Shown: positions 30,452 to 39,708, numbered from the stretch's first letter. The stretch is 64,000 bases of DNA from Candidatus Omnitrophota bacterium (GCA_018830005.1 JAHJTE010000001.1:257332-321331); one strand, 5' to 3'. Numbers and translations: made by a program. The notes: a model not told the origin generated them from the sequence alone.

Positions 30452-31503
30452 AATTATTCTATATTTTCATCTTTTCAGTAGTGAGCACATTTATTTTCAC
30501 GCAGATTGCGATAAGGATCGGTTTTAAATTCAATGTCCTTGACCGCCCCGAGAAGAGGAAGATACACGTTCAGCCGGTTCCTCTATTGGGAGGTCTTGCC
30601 CTTGCTATTCCATATCTGTTAATCCTTTTTGTAATTAGAAATGAATTTGATATTGTAATTCTCAGTGTATTGTTTGGAGGCCTTATTATACTTATTGTAG
30701 GTTTTTTGGATGATCTTAATAAGCTTTCAGCCAGGTTACGCCTAGGTATTCAGATACTTGTAGTTTTAATGCTTATTACAAATTCAGCCACATTGACTAT
30801 TTTTCCTAATACAGCTTGGGGTATTATCTTAAGATGTCTTATAACCATCCTCTGGATTGTAGGAATAACGAATGCTATGAATTTCCTCGATGGAATGGAT
30901 GCGCTCTGCGCAGGTCTAGTCTGTATTAGTAGCCTTTGTTTTGCTGTAATTGCTTTTTTCACAAATCAGAATCAGATTTTATTTTTGAGTATTATTCTTT
31001 TCGGCTGCTGTTTGGGTTTTCTGCCGCATAACCTTAAGCCAGCAAAGGTTTTCTTAGGTGATTCTGGCAGCACATTTTTGGGATTTATGCTGGCAAGTAT
31101 TGCTGTTGTTGGCGTGTGGGCACAAGACCGTATTGTAGGGATAAGCATCCCAATTTTAATTCTCGGGGTTCCTATTTTTGATATGGTTTTTACTACGGTT
31201 ATGCGTGTTAAAGAGGGGAAAGTGAAGAATGTTAAACAGTGGTTAGAATATGCTGGTAAAGATCATTTTCATCATAGGCTAGTAGATTTAGGTCTGCAGC
31301 CTCAAGGAGCGGTTATTTTCATTTATCTAGTCAGCATATGTTTAGGTATTAGTGCTATGGTACTACTTAGAGCTACTTGGAAGATTGCTATTATTTTATT
31401 GATTCAGGCAGCCGCGATTTTTCTAATGATAGCCGTACTTATGATTATTGGCAAACGTCGCCGCAGCGGCTGGAATATAGATAAACTAAAAGCTAAGGAT
31501 TAA
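30448..31503 (+). CDS. wecA: Undecaprenyl-phosphate alpha-GlcNAc-1-phosphate transferase (WecA/TagO, MraY family)
   Basis: RKIH..P.LGG, GFLDD, NAMNFLDGMD, FLGDSGS, DHFHHRL. Confidence 0.85.
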   Translation: MKLFYIFIFSVVSTFIFTQIAIRIGFKFNVLDRPEKRKIHVQPVPLLGGLALAIPYLLILFVIRNEFDIVILSVLFGGLIILIVGFLDDLNKLSARLRLGIQILVVLMLITNSATLTIFPNTAWGIILRCLITILWIVGITNAMNFLDGMDALCAGLVCISSLCFAVIAFFTNQNQILFLSIILFGCCLGFLPHNLKPAKVFLGDSGSTFLGFMLASIAVVGVWAQDRIVGISIPILILGVPIFDMVFTTVMRVKEGKVKNVKQWLEYAGKDHFHHRLVDLGLQPQGAVIFIYLVSICLGISAMVLLRATWKIAIILLIQAAAIFLMIAVLMIIGKRRRSGWNIDKLKAKD

Positions 31504-31505
31504 AT

Positions 31506-32324
31506 ATGTATGAGAAATATTGGAAGTTAAAAGAAAAACCTTTTGAGAATACGCCCGATCCTAAATTTATCTATTATTCGGATCAGCATAGAGAAGGCCT
31601 CTCGCGTCTGCTATACGCTGTGAGAGAACAAAAGGGCGCAGGAGTTCTTACAGGTGTATTTGGTTGCGGCAAAACACTTTTAGGCAGGACCTTATTAAAG
31701 GAGCTAAGTAGAGAAGTTTACAAGACGGCATTCATTGCAAATCCTAAGCTTGAATACGTAGAATTATTAATGACTATTGCTAGTCGCCTCGGCGCAAAGG
31801 AGCTGCCGAAAAAGCGTACAGAGGTATTGACGAATGTTGTTTTGGATGCCTTAAGCGAAATCCTAGAAAATAATGCCAGGGACGGCAAGAAGACAGTGCT
31901 TATTATTGATGAGGCGCATGTAATCGAAGATAAAAATGTCTGGGAGGAATTGCGCCTTCTACTTAATTTCCAGACTGAAAGAAATTTCCTTATAAATGTG
32001 CTCTTTCTCGGTCAGCCGGAATTAAAAGATGCTATTGAGCGTAACAGGCAATTGTCACAGCGCATTGCTATACACTGTCACCTTTGCCAGCTAAGCGAGG
32101 AGGATACAACTAAATATATTAAGCATCGTTTTAAAGTTGCTGGAGGCGATGAGGGGGTTTTTGCTGATTCGGCAATTCATTTAATTTATGAATATTCGGG
32201 AGGTATTCCGCGCAGAATTAATCACCTTTGCGACTTGGCCCTATTGACGGCATTTAGTCATAAGGTTAGAAATATTGAGGGCGAGATGGTTAAGGAGGCC
32301 TTTTCAGATTTGGAGGTCGAATAG
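31506..32324 (+). CDS. ExeA/GspA-family AAA ATPase (no C-terminal peptidoglycan-binding domain)
   Basis: MYE.YW.LKEKPF..TPDP, Walker A GVFGCGKT, Walker B IIDEAH, GQPEL, GGIPRRIN. Confidence 0.9.
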   Translation: MYEKYWKLKEKPFENTPDPKFIYYSDQHREGLSRLLYAVREQKGAGVLTGVFGCGKTLLGRTLLKELSREVYKTAFIANPKLEYVELLMTIASRLGAKELPKKRTEVLTNVVLDALSEILENNARDGKKTVLIIDEAHVIEDKNVWEELRLLLNFQTERNFLINVLFLGQPELKDAIERNRQLSQRIAIHCHLCQLSEEDTTKYIKHRFKVAGGDEGVFADSAIHLIYEYSGGIPRRINHLCDLALLTAFSHKVRNIEGEMVKEAFSDLEVE

Positions 32325-32340
32325 AGAATATAAAAATAGT

Positions 32341-32368
32341 TTGACACTTTTTTTTGAGGTTGTACAAT
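32341..32368 (+). promoter_or_regulatory. Sigma70-type promoter TTGACA-N16-TACAAT
   Basis: Consensus -35 at 32341-32346 and -10 at 32363-32368; T8 run in the spacer. Confidence 0.65.
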
Positions 32369-32411
32369 TAAAGTAGGGCGTAAGTTATGTGCTCACTAAA
32401 GGAGGGGGAGG

Positions 32412-32585
32412 ATGAAAAAACTGGCTGATGTTTGTATACCCATAGCTATTGCTTCTATTGTGTTAGGAATAATTTCTCGGATAATGTTTAGGCCATTATT
32501 TGAAGTAGGAGCCAGAGGATTTTTAGGTTTTGCCACTGTAATGCTTCTTTTAGCTATTGCTATTACATTGAAAGAGAAGGCTTAA
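32412..32585 (+). CDS. Small 57-aa two-TM membrane protein (not in ORF track)
   Basis: MKKLADVCIPIAIASIVLGIISRIMFRPLFEVGARGFLGFATVMLLLAIAITLKEKA; strong RBS AAAGGAGG, own promoter, downstream hairpin. Confidence 0.75.
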   Translation: MKKLADVCIPIAIASIVLGIISRIMFRPLFEVGARGFLGFATVMLLLAIAITLKEKA

Positions 32586-32628
32586 TTAAGGCAACTGTTG
32601 TTAACTCACTTTTCGGTTAGTTAGCATG

Positions 32629-32661
32629 ATGCCCGCTTTTTTATCCAAAAAAAGCGGGCAT
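32629..32661 (+). terminator. 14-bp stem hairpin, probable terminator of the small ORF
   Basis: ATGCCCGCTTTTTT-ATCCA-AAAAAAGCGGGCAT; U-tail is weak. Confidence 0.55.
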
Positions 32662-32701
32662 ACTGTTATTTGCAAAGATGGGTACAGATAAAATACCACA
32701 A

Positions 32702-32725
32702 ATGATCGCAGATATCTGCGATCAT
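32702..32725. repeat. Perfect 24-bp palindrome upstream of the Lrp gene
   Basis: ATGATCGCAGAT|ATCTGCGATCAT. Confidence 0.8.
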
Positions 32726-32747
32726 CTGATTTAACGGAGGTTAAGCT

Positions 32748-33233
32748 ATGGACGAAATACTCGAGGTTTTAGAAAAAGATGCACGTATCAGGCCGGAAGA
32801 AATTGCTAAGATGCTAGGCAAATCAACAAAATTTGTTAAGTCAGCAATAAAAAAATATGAAAAACAAGGCATTATTGTAAAATATAAGACATTAATCAAT
32901 AAGGAATTGTTAAAGGAGGACCGTAGAAGAGTGAGGGCCTTGATTGAAGTAAGCGTAATACCTCAGAAAAATCTCGGTTTTGATTATTTAGCAGAGCGCA
33001 TATATAAGTTTCCAGAAGTCCAAAGCTCTTATCTGGTTAGCGGTACTTATGATTTACTGCTTGTGGTTGAAGGAGACGATATTCACACAGTTGCTAATTT
33101 TGTTGCAGAGAAACTCGCACCCATGGAGAATGTGCGTGCTACAGTCACGCATTTTTTACTTAAAAAATATAAAGAGGACGGGGATATTTTAAAATTCAGG
33201 AAAGAAAACAGAAGAATAGCTATAAGTTACTAG
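32748..33233 (+). CDS. Lrp/AsnC family transcriptional regulator
   Basis: N-terminal HTH (LEKDARI..EIAKML) and RAM domain (FPEV..YLVSGTYDL). Confidence 0.9.
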   Translation: MDEILEVLEKDARIRPEEIAKMLGKSTKFVKSAIKKYEKQGIIVKYKTLINKELLKEDRRRVRALIEVSVIPQKNLGFDYLAERIYKFPEVQSSYLVSGTYDLLLVVEGDDIHTVANFVAEKLAPMENVRATVTHFLLKKYKEDGDILKFRKENRRIAISY

Positions 33234-33234
33234 G

Positions 33235-34416
33235 TTGCTGATAATGAAAAGTAGAGATTTGAGAATTTCAAAGATTGCAAACGACTTGCCACCTTCAGGT
33301 ATACGTGAGTTTTTCGATCTTGTCTTAGGGATGAAGGATGTTATATCTCTAGGGGTTGGTGAACCAGATTTTGTTACTCCTTGGAACATCCGCGAAGCAG
33401 GAATTTTTTCTATAGAAGGAGGCCAGACAAGTTATACCTCTAATAAAGGAATGATGAAGTTGCGCCTTTGTATCAAGAGGCACGTTAAGAATCTATGCGA
33501 TATTAGATATGATGCAAATAACCAGATTCTAATAACCACAGGTGTATCTGAAGGTCTTGATTTAGCTTTCAGGGCTATACTAAATAGAGGAGATAATGTT
33601 CTAATTCCAACTCCAAGTTACGTTGCCTATGCTCCTTTAGTATATTTATGTGGGGCAAAAGCAAAGATTATCCGCACGGATTTTCACGACGGGTTTAAAT
33701 TAAAACCGGAAATGATTGAAAATTTCGCCGATTCAAAAACAAAGGCAATAGTCTTGAATTATCCAAATAACCCCACCGGCACCTCTTACACAAAAAATGA
33801 ATTGCAGGCATTGGCTAGAGTAATCAAAAAAAGAGCTATGATAGTAATTAGCGATGAAGTCTATTCGCAGCTTAGCTTTGACTTTAAGCATACTCCTTTT
33901 GCGAGCTTACCTGCGATGAAGGAGCGCACCATTTATTTAAACGGATTCTCTAAAGGGTATGCTATGACCGGCTGGAGAGTGGGCTATGCTTGTGGCCCTG
34001 TGGATATAATCGGGGCAATGACCAAGATTCACCAGTATAGTATGCTATGTGCTCCGATTATGAGTCAATTGGCAGCTGTTGAGGCCTTGGAGAATTCAAA
34101 AAATTCCCTTGATGAAATGTGCAGGGAGTATAGACGGCGTAGAGAATTTGTATTTAAAGGCCTTAATGAATTAGGTCTTTCCTGTCATCGTCCCCAGGGT
34201 GCATTCTACATATTCGCTTCGGTTAAAAAGACGCATCTTTCCTGTACTGAGTTTGCAAAACGCCTCCTAAAGGAGGAAAAAGTAGCAGTAGTGCCTGGTA
34301 TTGCCTTTGGTAATGGCCTTGATAGTTTCATCCGCATTGCCTATGCTGCTAAATTCTCTGATTTGAAAGAGGCGCTTTCCCGCATCGCACACTTCCTGAA
34401 AAAGCACAGAAGATAA
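33235..34416 (+). CDS. Class I/II PLP-dependent aminotransferase (AlaT/YugH-like)
   Basis: SLGVGEPDF, NYPNNPTG, SDEVY, GFSKGYAMTGWRVG; probable start ATG 33244. Confidence 0.9.
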   Translation: MLIMKSRDLRISKIANDLPPSGIREFFDLVLGMKDVISLGVGEPDFVTPWNIREAGIFSIEGGQTSYTSNKGMMKLRLCIKRHVKNLCDIRYDANNQILITTGVSEGLDLAFRAILNRGDNVLIPTPSYVAYAPLVYLCGAKAKIIRTDFHDGFKLKPEMIENFADSKTKAIVLNYPNNPTGTSYTKNELQALARVIKKRAMIVISDEVYSQLSFDFKHTPFASLPAMKERTIYLNGFSKGYAMTGWRVGYACGPVDIIGAMTKIHQYSMLCAPIMSQLAAVEALENSKNSLDEMCREYRRRREFVFKGLNELGLSCHRPQGAFYIFASVKKTHLSCTEFAKRLLKEEKVAVVPGIAFGNGLDSFIRIAYAAKFSDLKEALSRIAHFLKKHRR

Positions 34417-34462
34417 TTCAATAAAAGTTTATCTACTAGAAAAGCTTAGTTTTTGAGGTTTA

Positions 34463-35602
34463 TTAGATTAGCTTTGCGATGATTTCTGCGGCAGATTTAC
34501 TTGCCCCGACTTTACCTAATCTTTTTTTAAGGCTATCGAGTTTCAATTTTATCTCTTGATATTTTCCCTTATCCGAAAGCAGCTCTAGACAAGCCCTTCC
34601 GATAAGCCGAGGCTGCGCTTTAAACTGGATTAATTCAGGCACTACTTTTTCTCCTGCCACGACATTTACTAATCCGATATAAGGGATTTTAACCAAGAGT
34701 CTTGCAAGCATCCAGGAAAGTAAATTAAGCTTATAGATAATAACCATTGGCGTTGAGGTAAGTGCGGTCTCCAACGTGGCAGTACCAGAGGCTACTATAG
34801 CCAAATCAGAGGCAGATAAGCAATCGTATATTTCATCTTCACTGACTTTAATCAGATCCAAATCTTTAAAGCCTTCTAGAAGAGGGGTAAGGCTTGAGTC
34901 ATTATTTAGGGTGTTAGATTGTATGAATATAAACTGCGTGTTGCGTTGGTTATTTTTATCGATAATCCTGGCAGATTCAAGCATTATGGGAAGGAGTTTC
35001 TGAATTTCCTTTTTTCGCGAACCCGGCAGGAGTGCAATAGTCGTTTTCTCTTTTTTTAAATTATATTTTTTTATTAACTGGTTAGAGTCTTTTTTTATTT
35101 CTACAGCGTCTAGGAGAGGATGACCTACGAATTCTGCCTCAATACCAAATCGCCTGTAAAATTCCTTTTCGAATTCAAAGACGACAATCATTTTATCCAC
35201 ATATTTTTTAATTAATTTAACCCTGCTTCTGTGCCAGGCCCAGACTTGAGGCGAGATATAATAGATAACAGGGATATGCATTTTTTTTAATTCGCGTGCC
35301 AGACGCAGATTAAATCCCGGATAGTCAATTAATATGCAACAGGCAGGTTTAATTCTCTTTATTTCATTTAGGGTTTTAACGAATATGCTTCTAAATTTAG
35401 CCAGATTGTGCAAGACCTCAAAGAAACCGACTACTGCCAAGTCTGTAATATTAAATAATAGCTTTACCCCGGCCTCTTGCAGATATTTTCCGCCTAGGCC
35501 AAAGAATTTGATCTCAAGATGCTTATCTTGTAGGGCTTTGACCAGACTGGCTCCATGGCGGTCACCTGATGTTTCGCCAGCAACAATAAAGATAGTTTTC
35601 AT
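34463..35602 (-). CDS. lpxB: Lipid-A-disaccharide synthase
   Basis: AGETSGD, IDYPGFN, SPQVWAW, FVGHPL, LLPGSR, SGTATLE. Confidence 0.95.
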   Translation of the reverse strand: MKTIFIVAGETSGDRHGASLVKALQDKHLEIKFFGLGGKYLQEAGVKLLFNITDLAVVGFFEVLHNLAKFRSIFVKTLNEIKRIKPACCILIDYPGFNLRLARELKKMHIPVIYYISPQVWAWHRSRVKLIKKYVDKMIVVFEFEKEFYRRFGIEAEFVGHPLLDAVEIKKDSNQLIKKYNLKKEKTTIALLPGSRKKEIQKLLPIMLESARIIDKNNQRNTQFIFIQSNTLNNDSSLTPLLEGFKDLDLIKVSEDEIYDCLSASDLAIVASGTATLETALTSTPMVIIYKLNLLSWMLARLLVKIPYIGLVNVVAGEKVVPELIQFKAQPRLIGRACLELLSDKGKYQEIKLKLDSLKKRLGKVGASKSAAEIIAKLI

Positions 35603-36531
35603 GTGTAATGCTTGATATATTCGTTAATCTTTTTTTGGATTTTTATTGCTAATGAGAGGGCCTCTTTTCCTTCCCAGCCTGAAACTACAGGATCTTTTCC
35701 GTATAAGATACAGTCAAGGAAGGACTCTAGTTCATTCTGGAGGGGGTCAGCTTTATCGATTGGAACCTCATGTTTGTAGATATTCTTATTCTCTTTTTTG
35801 TATACGCTTGCTTGATTATGCATATAATCAAGAGATATATAGGAATCTTTTAAAAATATTCTGAATTTACGCATTGCCTTAGCGCTAATTCTGCTAGCAG
35901 TCAAATTAGCGACACAACCGTTTTTAAAGCGCAGGCGTACATTTGCGATATCTTCAAGATTAGTTAAGACATTAACGCCTACTGCGTCTATGGATACAAC
36001 ATCTGATTTTACAAGCTCTAGGATAAGGTCAATATCGTGGATCATAAGGTCAGATACTACCCCAATATCTAGAGAACGAGCTGGGAATGGGCTTAGGCGA
36101 TGGCATTCTATGAATTTTGGCTTTTTAACTATATCGCAGACTGTCCGGAAGGCATTGTTAAATCTTTCAATGTGTCCTACAGCAAGTATAAGTTTTTTCT
36201 TTTTGGCTAAATTTATTAATTTTCCCGCTTCAGCCACTGTGGGAGTGATAGGCTTTTCAATCAAGGCATGCGCGCCTTGTTTGAGGCTATCATAGCCAAC
36301 TCGGAAGTGATGCTTGGTGGGGACAGAGACTATAACTGCTTGGACCTGCTTCAGGAGGTCTGAATAGTCTGCATAGTAGGTTGTTTTTATGGTGCGCGCC
36401 AGCTCTTTGCCTTTATTCTTATCAATGTCGCAAATGCCTACAAGCTGGACCTTTTTTATTTTGCTTAGGACATGGGCATGTCTTTGTCCCAAATGCCCTA
36501 CGCCAATAACGCCTATATTAATTTTTTTCAT
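35599..36531 (-). CDS. Gfo/Idh/MocA oxidoreductase (GnnA-like)
   Basis: GVIGVGHLG, EKP, VGHIERFN, DLMIHDID, TASRIS; overlaps the lpxB start. Confidence 0.85.
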   Translation of the reverse strand: MKKINIGVIGVGHLGQRHAHVLSKIKKVQLVGICDIDKNKGKELARTIKTTYYADYSDLLKQVQAVIVSVPTKHHFRVGYDSLKQGAHALIEKPITPTVAEAGKLINLAKKKKLILAVGHIERFNNAFRTVCDIVKKPKFIECHRLSPFPARSLDIGVVSDLMIHDIDLILELVKSDVVSIDAVGVNVLTNLEDIANVRLRFKNGCVANLTASRISAKAMRKFRIFLKDSYISLDYMHNQASVYKKENKNIYKHEVPIDKADPLQNELESFLDCILYGKDPVVSGWEGKEALSLAIKIQKKINEYIKHYT

Positions 36532-36571
36532 GTTAGAGAAAATCTAATTTTAGTATCTGTCTGATCATTGA

Positions 36572-36600
36572 ATAGTATCAAATCTCCTAGCAAAAGTCAA
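36572..36600 (-). promoter_or_regulatory. Sigma70 promoter for the oxidoreductase-lpxB operon
   Basis: Reverse strand TTGACT-N17-TACTAT with TGn extension. Confidence 0.6.
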
Positions 36601-36618
36601 GAGAAGGCTTTATGAGTC

Positions 36619-36647
36619 TTGACGCATGATAATAGCTATGGTAGAAT
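36619..36647 (+). promoter_or_regulatory. Sigma70 promoter for msbA
   Basis: TTGACG-N17-TAGAAT with TGn extension. Confidence 0.6.
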
Positions 36648-36697
36648 TACAGACAGTTTGCAGCCAGAAACATTAACGTGTTATAAATAATAAAGTT

Positions 36698-38503
36698 ATG
36701 AAAAGTTATTTGCGTCTATTACGATTTATCCGTCCTTATCGGCTGATGCTGGGCCTGGCTGTAGTATGCATGATAGCTTCAGCCCTTTTTGATGTAGCCC
36801 AGTTGTCCATGGTTGTGCCTCTTGCAGACAAGGTCTTAACAGACAAAAAAATCGTTGTTCCCAAACAATTACCAAAAGGTTTAGCCGGCTTCGTTGACTC
36901 TATAAATAATACTGAGCCTTTAAGGTTGTTGTATCTTATGGCCGTTGTTGTAGTTGTGCTTTTTATATTAAAGGGAGTATTTAATTTTATCCAATCTTAT
37001 TTAATGAGCGATATCGGTCAACGCGTGGTAAGGGATGTGCGTTCGAAGCTATATAGAAAATTGCAAGATTTATCCCTGGATTATTTTACGAGAAAAAGAA
37101 GCGGAGAGTTGATCTCCCGCATTACTAATGATGTTAAGCTGATTGAAAATGCAGCAAGTTATGGATTTACTGATTTAGTATATCAGTCGTTTCAGGTAGC
37201 AATGTTTACCTTTTTAATTTTCTATATACATTGGAAACTGGCCTTGGTCTCTTTGGTTATTTTACCTCTGGTGAGTATTCCTATTATTTTAGTCGGAAAA
37301 GTACTTAAAAGATTAAGCATACGTTCCCAGGAAAAGATGGCAGACATTAATTCCTTATTAGTTGAGACAATCTCCGGAGTACGCATTGTTAAGGCATTTT
37401 CCATGGAAGAGGCTGAGACCAATAAGTTTATGACTCATAATCAAGGTTATTATAGAATTACGATGAAGTCAATCAAGCGTATGCTGGTTCTTTCTCCTTT
37501 AACGGAGATTATCGGTGTATTTGGTGGAATCTTTGTATTTGTTTGGGCTGGTAAAGAGGTAATTGCAGGAGAATTGTCCTTTGGTGTATTTAGTCTGTTT
37601 TTAGGTTCCTTGCTCTCCATGATTCGCCCTTTTAAGAAGCTTTCGGGCGTGCATTCTTTAAACCAACAGGCAATCGCAGCCAGTAACCGCGTCTATGAGG
37701 TCTTTGATACCAAGGCCACTGTGAGTGAGAAAGAAGGAGCAATTACACTCCCACCAGTTAAAAAGAACATCATATTCGACTCCGTAAGTTTTAAATATGA
37801 GGATAATGATGTATTAAATAATATAAATCTTGAAGTTAATGTAGGTGAGGTCTTGGCCATAGTTGGGCCAAGCGGTGTTGGCAAAAGCAGTTTAGTCGAT
37901 TTAATACCAAGATTCTATGACCCGGTTAAAGGAACCATTCTAATTGATGGTGTGGATATTAAAGAAGCGACCTTAAGCTCCTTAAGGGGGCAGATGGGAC
38001 TCGTAACTCAAGAGACAATTCTATTTAACGATTCTGTGAAGGCAAATATTGCCTATGGAAACACTAATGCGGCATTCGAAGCAATAGTTAAGGCTGCAAA
38101 AAAAGCAGGGGCACACGATTTTATTATGAATATGCCTTCTGGTTATGATACATTTATCGGAGATAGAGGTTATAGATTATCTGGAGGTGAACGGCAGCGT
38201 CTGGCAATAGCCAGGGCAATATTGAAAAACCCGCCCATATTAATTCTGGATGAGGCAACTTCGCAACTTGACAGCGCTTCAGAGAAAGTGGTTCAAGAAG
38301 CGATTAACGAACTTATCGCTGGCAGAACCGTATTTGTTGTTGCTCATCGCCTTTCAACTATAAGAGGCGCTGATAAGATTATTGTTTTGGAAAAGGGTCG
38401 CATTGAAGAGATGGGCACACATCAGCAGTTAATTGCAAAGGGCGGCCTATACAAGCTATTACACGATATGCAGCAGACATTGCCAGAAGAAGGCATAGGT
38501 TAG
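36698..38503 (+). CDS. msbA: Lipid A/core ABC exporter (MsbA-like)
   Basis: TMD + NBD; GPSGVGKS, LSGGERQR, ILDEATS; divergent from lpxB. Confidence 0.8.
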   Translation: MKSYLRLLRFIRPYRLMLGLAVVCMIASALFDVAQLSMVVPLADKVLTDKKIVVPKQLPKGLAGFVDSINNTEPLRLLYLMAVVVVVLFILKGVFNFIQSYLMSDIGQRVVRDVRSKLYRKLQDLSLDYFTRKRSGELISRITNDVKLIENAASYGFTDLVYQSFQVAMFTFLIFYIHWKLALVSLVILPLVSIPIILVGKVLKRLSIRSQEKMADINSLLVETISGVRIVKAFSMEEAETNKFMTHNQGYYRITMKSIKRMLVLSPLTEIIGVFGGIFVFVWAGKEVIAGELSFGVFSLFLGSLLSMIRPFKKLSGVHSLNQQAIAASNRVYEVFDTKATVSEKEGAITLPPVKKNIIFDSVSFKYEDNDVLNNINLEVNVGEVLAIVGPSGVGKSSLVDLIPRFYDPVKGTILIDGVDIKEATLSSLRGQMGLVTQETILFNDSVKANIAYGNTNAAFEAIVKAAKKAGAHDFIMNMPSGYDTFIGDRGYRLSGGERQRLAIARAILKNPPILILDEATSQLDSASEKVVQEAINELIAGRTVFVVAHRLSTIRGADKIIVLEKGRIEEMGTHQQLIAKGGLYKLLHDMQQTLPEEGIG

Positions 38504-38554
38504 CCGCATAAATCCGTCCGCTATTTGGCACCTACCAATTCTTTTTAAGGGGTC

Positions 38555-38652
38555 AAAACAGCTCAAAATTCGCAAAAAGATCTAATTTTTGGCTGATTTT
38601 TTTACATTTTTTGTCAATTTTTTCCAATTTTACGCTAATTTTTTGCGATTTT
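38555..38652. promoter_or_regulatory. Helically phased A/T-tract array (predicted curved DNA) upstream of the rpsB promoter
   Basis: T-tracts start at 38586, 38597, 38607, 38618, 38628, 38639 and 38649; A-tracts at 38555, 38565 and 38574. Confidence 0.65.
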
Positions 38653-38679
38653 GCGGTAAAAAAAAAGCTTAAAAATTAC

Positions 38680-38708
38680 TTGCCACAAGTATAAATTTAA
38701 GGTATATT
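38680..38708 (+). promoter_or_regulatory. Sigma70 promoter of the rpsB operon
   Basis: TTGCCA-N17-TATATT. Confidence 0.6.
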
Positions 38709-38841
38709 ATTGAAATTGTCTAATAATAAGGGCAGTAAGGCCCTAATTTAGCGTAAGTTAAGTTTAGTTTGACCTATAATTTATGTTGTCCGTCTTGAGA
38801 CGGGCTTCATGAGTCACGCGCGCATTAAAGGAGGAGTTAAT

Positions 38842-39708
38842 TTGGCTACAGAGTTTATGAGACAACTTTTAGAGGCAGGAGTTCATTTTGGACATCAAAC
38901 AAAGCGTTGGAATCCTAAAATGGTGAAGTTCATTTTCGCTAAACGTAACAGTATCTATGTTATAGACTTGGAGAAAACTGTTGTTTGTCTTGAAGAGGCC
39001 AAGGCCTATCTTAAAGAATTGACATCCAAAGGGGGAAGTGTTTTGTTTGTTGGTACAAAGAAGCAGGCGCAAGCAGTTATGAAGAGTGAGGCAGAGAGAA
39101 TTGGCGTTTTCTATATCACAGAACGTTGGGTTGGTGGTATGCTTACAAATTTCCATACAGTGAGAAAGTCTGTTAAGCATCTGAAGGAATTAGAAAAGAT
39201 GCAGGAAGAAGGCATTATGGCAAAGTTTTCTAAAAAAGAGATTTCTCGCTTGAGTAAAGAGATGCATAAGATGAGAAAGAATTTTTCCGGCATCATGGAT
39301 ATGAAGGAATTGCCAAAGGCCTTATTTGTCGTCGACCCTAAAAAAGAAGATACAGCTGTCAGGGAGGCTAAGCGTTTAGGAATACCGATTGTGGCAATTA
39401 TCGATACAAATGGCGACCCTGATTTTATTGATTTTCCCATTCCAGGAAATGATGATGCAATAAGATCAATAAAATTGATTGTAACCTGTATTGCCGATGC
39501 TGTTTTAGAAGGCAAGCAGGAATTCCTGGATACAAAGAAAGAAGAAGATGTTAAGGCAACCTCTGGCAAAGAAACAGAAGAGGATAGGCCGCAGGAGAAT
39601 GCGTTGATTGAAGAGGTGCCTCAGATACAGGAAGAATCTGATGAAAAGACTCCTATAAAGACTCCCAAGAGGGCAGTTAAAAAGAGTAAATCTAAGGATG
39701 TTGAATAA
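38842..39708 (+). CDS. rpsB: 30S ribosomal protein S2
   Basis: [28 protein letters not shown]; TTG start at 38842 preferred because of the AAGGAGG RBS. Confidence 0.97.
   Translation: MATEFMRQLLEAGVHFGHQTKRWNPKMVKFIFAKRNSIYVIDLEKTVVCLEEAKAYLKELTSKGGSVLFVGTKKQAQAVMKSEAERIGVFYITERWVGGMLTNFHTVRKSVKHLKELEKMQEEGIMAKFSKKEISRLSKEMHKMRKNFSGIMDMKELPKALFVVDPKKEDTAVREAKRLGIPIVAIIDTNGDPDFIDFPIPGNDDAIRSIKLIVTCIADAVLEGKQEFLDTKKEEDVKATSGKETEEDRPQENALIEEVPQIQEESDEKTPIKTPKRAVKKSKSKDVE

Noticed and set aside
34417-34462. Bidirectional terminator between the aminotransferase and lpxB
   Set aside because: Only a weak, AT-rich imperfect stem; not supportable
38555-38670. CRISPR array or replication origin in the periodic AT-rich stretch
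   Set aside because: No identical repeats with spacers, no cas genes, and no DnaA-box cluster seen
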